Shown here piece by piece: positions 36,337-40,221 of a DNA stretch of 40,221 nucleotides. A program made the position numbers and the translations under genes. The stretch covers positions 1-40,221 of IMG/VR virus record IMGVR_UViG_3300037311_000474; one strand, given 5' to 3'. The DNA is from a virus (lineage: Duplodnaviria > Caudoviricetes). Within the stretch, counting starts at the first letter, position 1; each line of letters begins with the position of its first letter. The notes under the pieces are model-generated. The model was not told where the DNA came from. It did no database searches and saw only the letters and a list, made by a program, of their open reading frames with translations.

Positions 36337-38268
36337 ATGGTGACGCCTATCTTCGGCGGCCTGCGCATCCCGGCGGCTGGCACGCTCAACGGGGCTTCCG
36401 CCGGCGCCGACGCGCGGCAGCTGCCCGCGGCGGGCGAGCGCAGCCTGATCCCGGTGGTGTATGGCGACGACCGGATCGGAGGCCTCCTGCTCAACGTGCT
36501 GCCGGTCTCCTCCGGCGTGACGGCTGGCTGGCTGATGATGCAGGTGCTGTGGTGCCACGCCTGCACCAGCATCACGTCGCTGCGGCTCAACGGCAACGCG
36601 CTGCCCAGCGAGGCCGTCGTGATCCACTATCTCGGCAGCCAGGTCACGGCGAACGCCGACATGGTCGTCAGCATGGCCGCGCAGGGCATCACCTACGCCG
36701 ACGCGCTGACCGGCTTTGCGTACTCGGTGATTCAGATGCCGATGCGCCGCTTTGACGGCCGGCTGGACTTCACGGCGCTGATCGGCGGCCGTGCGGTGTA
36801 CGACCCGCGCCTGGATTCCACCGTCCCCGGCGGCTCGGGCTCGCAGCGCCTAGCCACGCCCAGCACTTGGGCGAAGAACTACAACCCGGTCGTCAACCTG
36901 GCGGACTTCTTGGCCTCCACGGTCTACGGGGCCGGTGTGCCGGTGGTCTGGCGCGAGGAAAGCATTCCGCCTGGGCCGGGCTTTGCCGGCGTCACCGACG
37001 ACAGCAAAAGCGTGTTCGTCAACGCCAGCATTTGCGACCAGCTAATCGGCAGCCCCGCCGAGGCGCGCCGTCGGCTCTCGGGCCTGACCCTGAGCACAGC
37101 CGCGTCAGTGCTCGAGGTGGCCGAGGTGCTGCGTGCGCACGCTGGCGTCTGGCTGGTGCAGACGCCCAACGGCGTCGGCATGCAGCCCGACTTGATCGGC
37201 GCTTCGATTGCCGCCACCTACGACCACGACCTTGGAGACATCGCGGCCATTGAGTCGTTGCAAGTGCCCGACCTGGGGGATGCGCCGACGGTGGTGGAGG
37301 TGATCTACACCGACGCGCGGCAGGTGCCCTGGCGCGACGCCATGGCGCGCGCAGCGCTGACCGGCGTCGGCAGCACGCTGCCGGAGCGGCTGAGCCAAGT
37401 GCGCATGCCCGGCATCCAGCGTCACAGCGAGGCCTACCGTGAGGCCTATCAGCGGCTGTCCACGCTGAACCAGAACGGCGCCAGCGCTACCGTCGAGCTC
37501 TTCGATTGGGGGCTCGTGCGCGAGCCGGGCGACGTGGTGGCCATCACGCACCCTATCGGGTTCTCGGCTGCGGAGATGCGCGTGGTCGGCGTCAGCATGG
37601 CCAGCATCGGCCGCTGGCGCCTGGCGCTGCGCGCGCACACGGACGACGTCTACAGCGAGGACGTCGTCGCGGCGCCGTCGCTGGGCCAGACCGGGCTGGA
37701 CATGGGCGACCTTCGCACCCCGCGCATCTATCGCCAGACGGCAACGCCCACCGGCGATCTCATCGAAAACGACGTGTGGATCGACACCGACGACGGCGAC
37801 CGCATGTACGTTCGCAAATCCGGTGTCTGGGAGGCGTTGCTGTTCGGCACCTCGGCGCTGGCCAGCCGCGCCGTCACCCGCACGACGACCGACAACTTCA
37901 CCTACGCGCCGCTCAACATCAACGGCGCGCTGGGCAACCAGCTGGTGCGGTCCTGGGTGTTGACGCCGGAGGTCACGTGCGACCTGTACCTGGCAATGGA
38001 GATCGAAGCGGCGCGCGTGCAAAGCGACAGCGGCTACGTGCTGTTCGTGCGCATCACGCCGTCCGGCGGCAGCCCGGTTTCGGTGTGGCAGGCCTACAGC
38101 GCATCGCTCGATGCACCGCCCCCCAAGACGTTTCTGGGCGAGATTCTGTACCCCGCCACCGGCGGTGTGGCGCTGACCATCGAGATCATGGCCAGTGTGT
38201 ACGTCGGCGCGCCGAACCCGATGGTCATCTACGCGTCGCGGCTGCGCGGGCTGGAGCTCAAGCGATGA
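36337..38268 (+). CDS. Tail tip / host-specificity protein (gpJ-like)
   Basis: IPVVYG, GRAVYDPR, EPGDVVAITHP, NDVWIDTDDG. Confidence 0.85.
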   Translation: MVTPIFGGLRIPAAGTLNGASAGADARQLPAAGERSLIPVVYGDDRIGGLLLNVLPVSSGVTAGWLMMQVLWCHACTSITSLRLNGNALPSEAVVIHYLGSQVTANADMVVSMAAQGITYADALTGFAYSVIQMPMRRFDGRLDFTALIGGRAVYDPRLDSTVPGGSGSQRLATPSTWAKNYNPVVNLADFLASTVYGAGVPVVWREESIPPGPGFAGVTDDSKSVFVNASICDQLIGSPAEARRRLSGLTLSTAASVLEVAEVLRAHAGVWLVQTPNGVGMQPDLIGASIAATYDHDLGDIAAIESLQVPDLGDAPTVVEVIYTDARQVPWRDAMARAALTGVGSTLPERLSQVRMPGIQRHSEAYREAYQRLSTLNQNGASATVELFDWGLVREPGDVVAITHPIGFSAAEMRVVGVSMASIGRWRLALRAHTDDVYSEDVVAAPSLGQTGLDMGDLRTPRIYRQTATPTGDLIENDVWIDTDDGDRMYVRKSGVWEALLFGTSALASRAVTRTTTDNFTYAPLNINGALGNQLVRSWVLTPEVTCDLYLAMEIEAARVQSDSGYVLFVRITPSGGSPVSVWQAYSASLDAPPPKTFLGEILYPATGGVALTIEIMASVYVGAPNPMVIYASRLRGLELKR

Positions 38269-38465
38269 GCACGCCCGAGCAGCTCGCCGTGTTCGTCCGG
38301 CTCGATCGCAACCGCATGTTGACGGAGTGCGACTGGACTCAGATCCCAGACGCTCCGCTCGATGCGGCCGCGCGCCAAGCCTGGGCCCAGTACCGCCAGG
38401 CGCTGCGCGATCTGCCGCAGCAGCCCGGGTTCCCAACAGTGACGTGGCCCCAAAAGCCCTCGTGA
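38265..38465 (+). CDS. Tail fibre assembly chaperone
   Basis: RNRMLTECDWTQIPD...WAQYRQALRDLPQQPGFP..WP. Confidence 0.9.
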   Translation: MSTPEQLAVFVRLDRNRMLTECDWTQIPDAPLDAAARQAWAQYRQALRDLPQQPGFPTVTWPQKPS

Positions 38466-38467
38466 TC

Positions 38468-38731
38468 ATGAGCGACGACCTGTATCGCACGCGCCTGCTG
38501 TGGGTTGGCATCCGCGGCGTGGCCAAGCTGGACGGCGTCGAGCGCCGCCTCACGCAGCCGCCGCAATGCCTGCCGGGCGTGAAGGTGGACTGCATCGACT
38601 GGGCGCCCGGGATCCACTGCGCCATGGTCATGCCCGCGGCGAGCGGGTGGCGCCACTTGACGGCGGCCGAGATCGAGGCGGTGCGTGTGTGGCTGCGCGC
38701 CTTCGTCAACAACGACAAATCTGCGCCATGA
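38468..38731 (+). CDS. Hypothetical protein
   Basis: 87 aa, coupled to both neighbours. Confidence 0.55.
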   Translation: MSDDLYRTRLLWVGIRGVAKLDGVERRLTQPPQCLPGVKVDCIDWAPGIHCAMVMPAASGWRHLTAAEIEAVRVWLRAFVNNDKSAP

Positions 38732-39009
38732 GAACAAACCCGATCGATCCTGCAGCATCGGACGCTGCCGCGGCTGGCAGCGCAAAGGCGTTGAGCGCCA
38801 CCCTCGGTGGCAGCGGAGTGCTGTTTTTTGGCGGCTACACCGCCAACGACTTGGCCATGCTGATCGGCGCCGTGGTGGCGGTGCTGGGCTTGCTGGTGCA
38901 GTGGTACTACCGCCACCGCGAGCACGGCATGCGCAAGCGCGAGCACGAGGCCAGGATGGCGGCGCACAGCCGGATGCCGGCGCACACCGACCTTGAGGTC
39001 GACGAGTGA
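38728..39009 (+). CDS. Holin (HP1-like)
   Basis: TM segment LIGAVVAVLGLLVQWYYRHRE, directly before the lysozyme. Confidence 0.85.
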   Translation: MRTNPIDPAASDAAAAGSAKALSATLGGSGVLFFGGYTANDLAMLIGAVVAVLGLLVQWYYRHREHGMRKREHEARMAAHSRMPAHTDLEVDE

Positions 39010-39506
39010 GCCGCCTGCGCATCGCCATCGGTGCGCTGACGCTGAGCGCTGCGGCGCTGGTGGGCATTGCCACCCACGAGGGCTACACCGATCGCGCCGT
39101 CCGCCCGCTGCCGACCGACGTGCCGACGGTGGGTTTTGGCAGCACGCGGCGCGCCGACGGCTCGCCGGTGCGCATGGGCGACGCCACCACGCCGCCGGCC
39201 GCGCTGGCCCAGAAGCTGCGCGACGTGCGCGCGTTCGAGGGCGAGCTCAAGGGCTGCGTGACGGCACCGCTGACGCAGGGCGAGTACGACTCGCTGGTGA
39301 GCCTGGCGTACAACGTGGGCGGGGGCCCGGTGTGCCGCAGCACCATGGTCCGGCTGCACAACGCCGGCCGGCACGCCGAGGCGTGCGCGCAGTTCGAGCG
39401 CTGGGTCTACTTCCAGGGCCGCGACTGCCGCGATCCAGCCAACGGCTGCGGCGGCCTGCCCAGGCGCCGCGCCGCCGAGCAAGCGATGTGCGAGGGGCGC
39501 GGGTAG
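39006..39506 (+). CDS. SAR endolysin, GH24 lysozyme
   Basis: N-terminal Ala/Gly-rich SAR helix, HEG...DVPTVGFGST, AYNVG, GLPRRR. Confidence 0.93.
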   Translation: MSRLRIAIGALTLSAAALVGIATHEGYTDRAVRPLPTDVPTVGFGSTRRADGSPVRMGDATTPPAALAQKLRDVRAFEGELKGCVTAPLTQGEYDSLVSLAYNVGGGPVCRSTMVRLHNAGRHAEACAQFERWVYFQGRDCRDPANGCGGLPRRRAAEQAMCEGRG

Positions 39507-40021
39507 TGGACCCGATCCCGTGGATCCGCCGCGCCTGGCGCCTGCTGCTGGTGCTGGCCATCTTCGGCGCCGGCTGGACGCTGCACGGCTGGCGCCACCG
39601 CGCCGAGCTGGCCGAGGCGCGCCAGCAGCACCAGGCCGACCGCGAAGCCTGGGCCCAGGGCGCCCGGCAAGCCGCCGAGCAGTACCGAGCCATCGAAGCC
39701 GCGCGCGCCGCGGCGCACCGGGAGATCGTCGATGACGCCCACGCCCAAGCCCAGCGCCTGGCGCGCGACCTGGCTGCTGCTCGCGCTGCTGCTGGCGGCC
39801 TGCGCCACGCCGCCGCGGCCGCTGCCGCCCGTGCCTGTCCCGCCCCCGGCGATCCCGTCGCTGCCGGCGGTGGCGCGCCAGCCCGATCTCCCGCCCTGGT
39901 GCTCGCCGACGTGCTCGGCCGGGCTGACGCGGCTGCGGGAGAGCTGGCAAAAGCTGTTGACCGAGCCCGAGCGGCCGGAGCGGACTGCGAGCGAGCCTAC
40001 GGGGCGTTGAGCGGGCCCTGA
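39506..40021 (+). CDS. Rz: Rz-like inner-membrane spanin
   Basis: N-terminal TM, coiled coil, C-terminal ADCERAY. Confidence 0.8.
   Translation: MDPIPWIRRAWRLLLVLAIFGAGWTLHGWRHRAELAEARQQHQADREAWAQGARQAAEQYRAIEAARAAAHREIVDDAHAQAQRLARDLAAARAAAGGLRHAAAAAAARACPAPGDPVAAGGGAPARSPALVLADVLGRADAAAGELAKAVDRARAAGADCERAYGALSGP
39732..40010 (+). CDS. Rz1: Rz1-like outer-membrane lipoprotein spanin, embedded in Rz
   Basis: LLLALLLAAC lipobox, Pro-rich, WCSPTC, nested in the +1 frame. Confidence 0.8.
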   Translation: MTPTPKPSAWRATWLLLALLLAACATPPRPLPPVPVPPPAIPSLPAVARQPDLPPWCSPTCSAGLTRLRESWQKLLTEPERPERTASEPTGR

Positions 40022-40221
40022 GCTGGCCCGCGCAGCACAGAGCCTGCTGCGGCCTGCATCGGGTCGTCTGGCACATGCCTGCACTCCAACGAGCCGGGCA
40101 CTGGCTCGGCTGTTGGGTCCATCGCCTTGGCGTCCCCTTCGGTCATCCGCCAGCGCGTCGGCCGGCGCTGGCCGGTGACGCGGTCGGTGATCTGCCAGCG
40201 GTAGAGGTGGAGTGTGGCCAT
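39997..40221 (-). CDS. Hypothetical protein
   Basis: 74 aa ORF at the window edge. Confidence 0.55.
   Translation of the reverse strand: MATLHLYRWQITDRVTGQRRPTRWRMTEGDAKAMDPTAEPVPGSLECRHVPDDPMQAAAGSVLRGPAQGPLNAP

Noticed and set aside
36337-38731. Diversity-generating retroelement at the tail tip
   Set aside because: No reverse transcriptase and no template/variable repeat pair were seen.

Overview
High-GC temperate siphovirus-like phage or prophage, apparently near-complete at about 40 kb. The host is probably a betaproteobacterium (inference only). The right ~33 kb is lambdoid: immunity region (cI, cro and CII-like genes, 14-bp ACAA-N6-TTGT operators, and a HipA-like kinase plus DUF3037 pair behind cI), primase-helicase with an iteron origin, gpA-type terminase, lambda-type portal, a 6-kb insert of putative capsid-displayed enzyme/adhesin genes, Mu gpT-type capsid, non-contractile tail with a -1 frameshift chaperone, and holin, SAR endolysin and Rz/Rz1. 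The standout is the left end. Where a phage integrase normally sits there is a true integron integrase (IntI, 1-1035), followed by an attI-like site and an array of 8 attC-bounded cassettes (1081-4581). The attC sites have canonical polarity relative to intI, but every cassette ORF is inverted, looks like a phage early gene, and is co-oriented with the CI-controlled leftward (PL) operon and with intI. This looks like a phage-encoded integron that shuffles the phage's own early accessory genes. All product calls come from motif recognition by eye; no database search was run.
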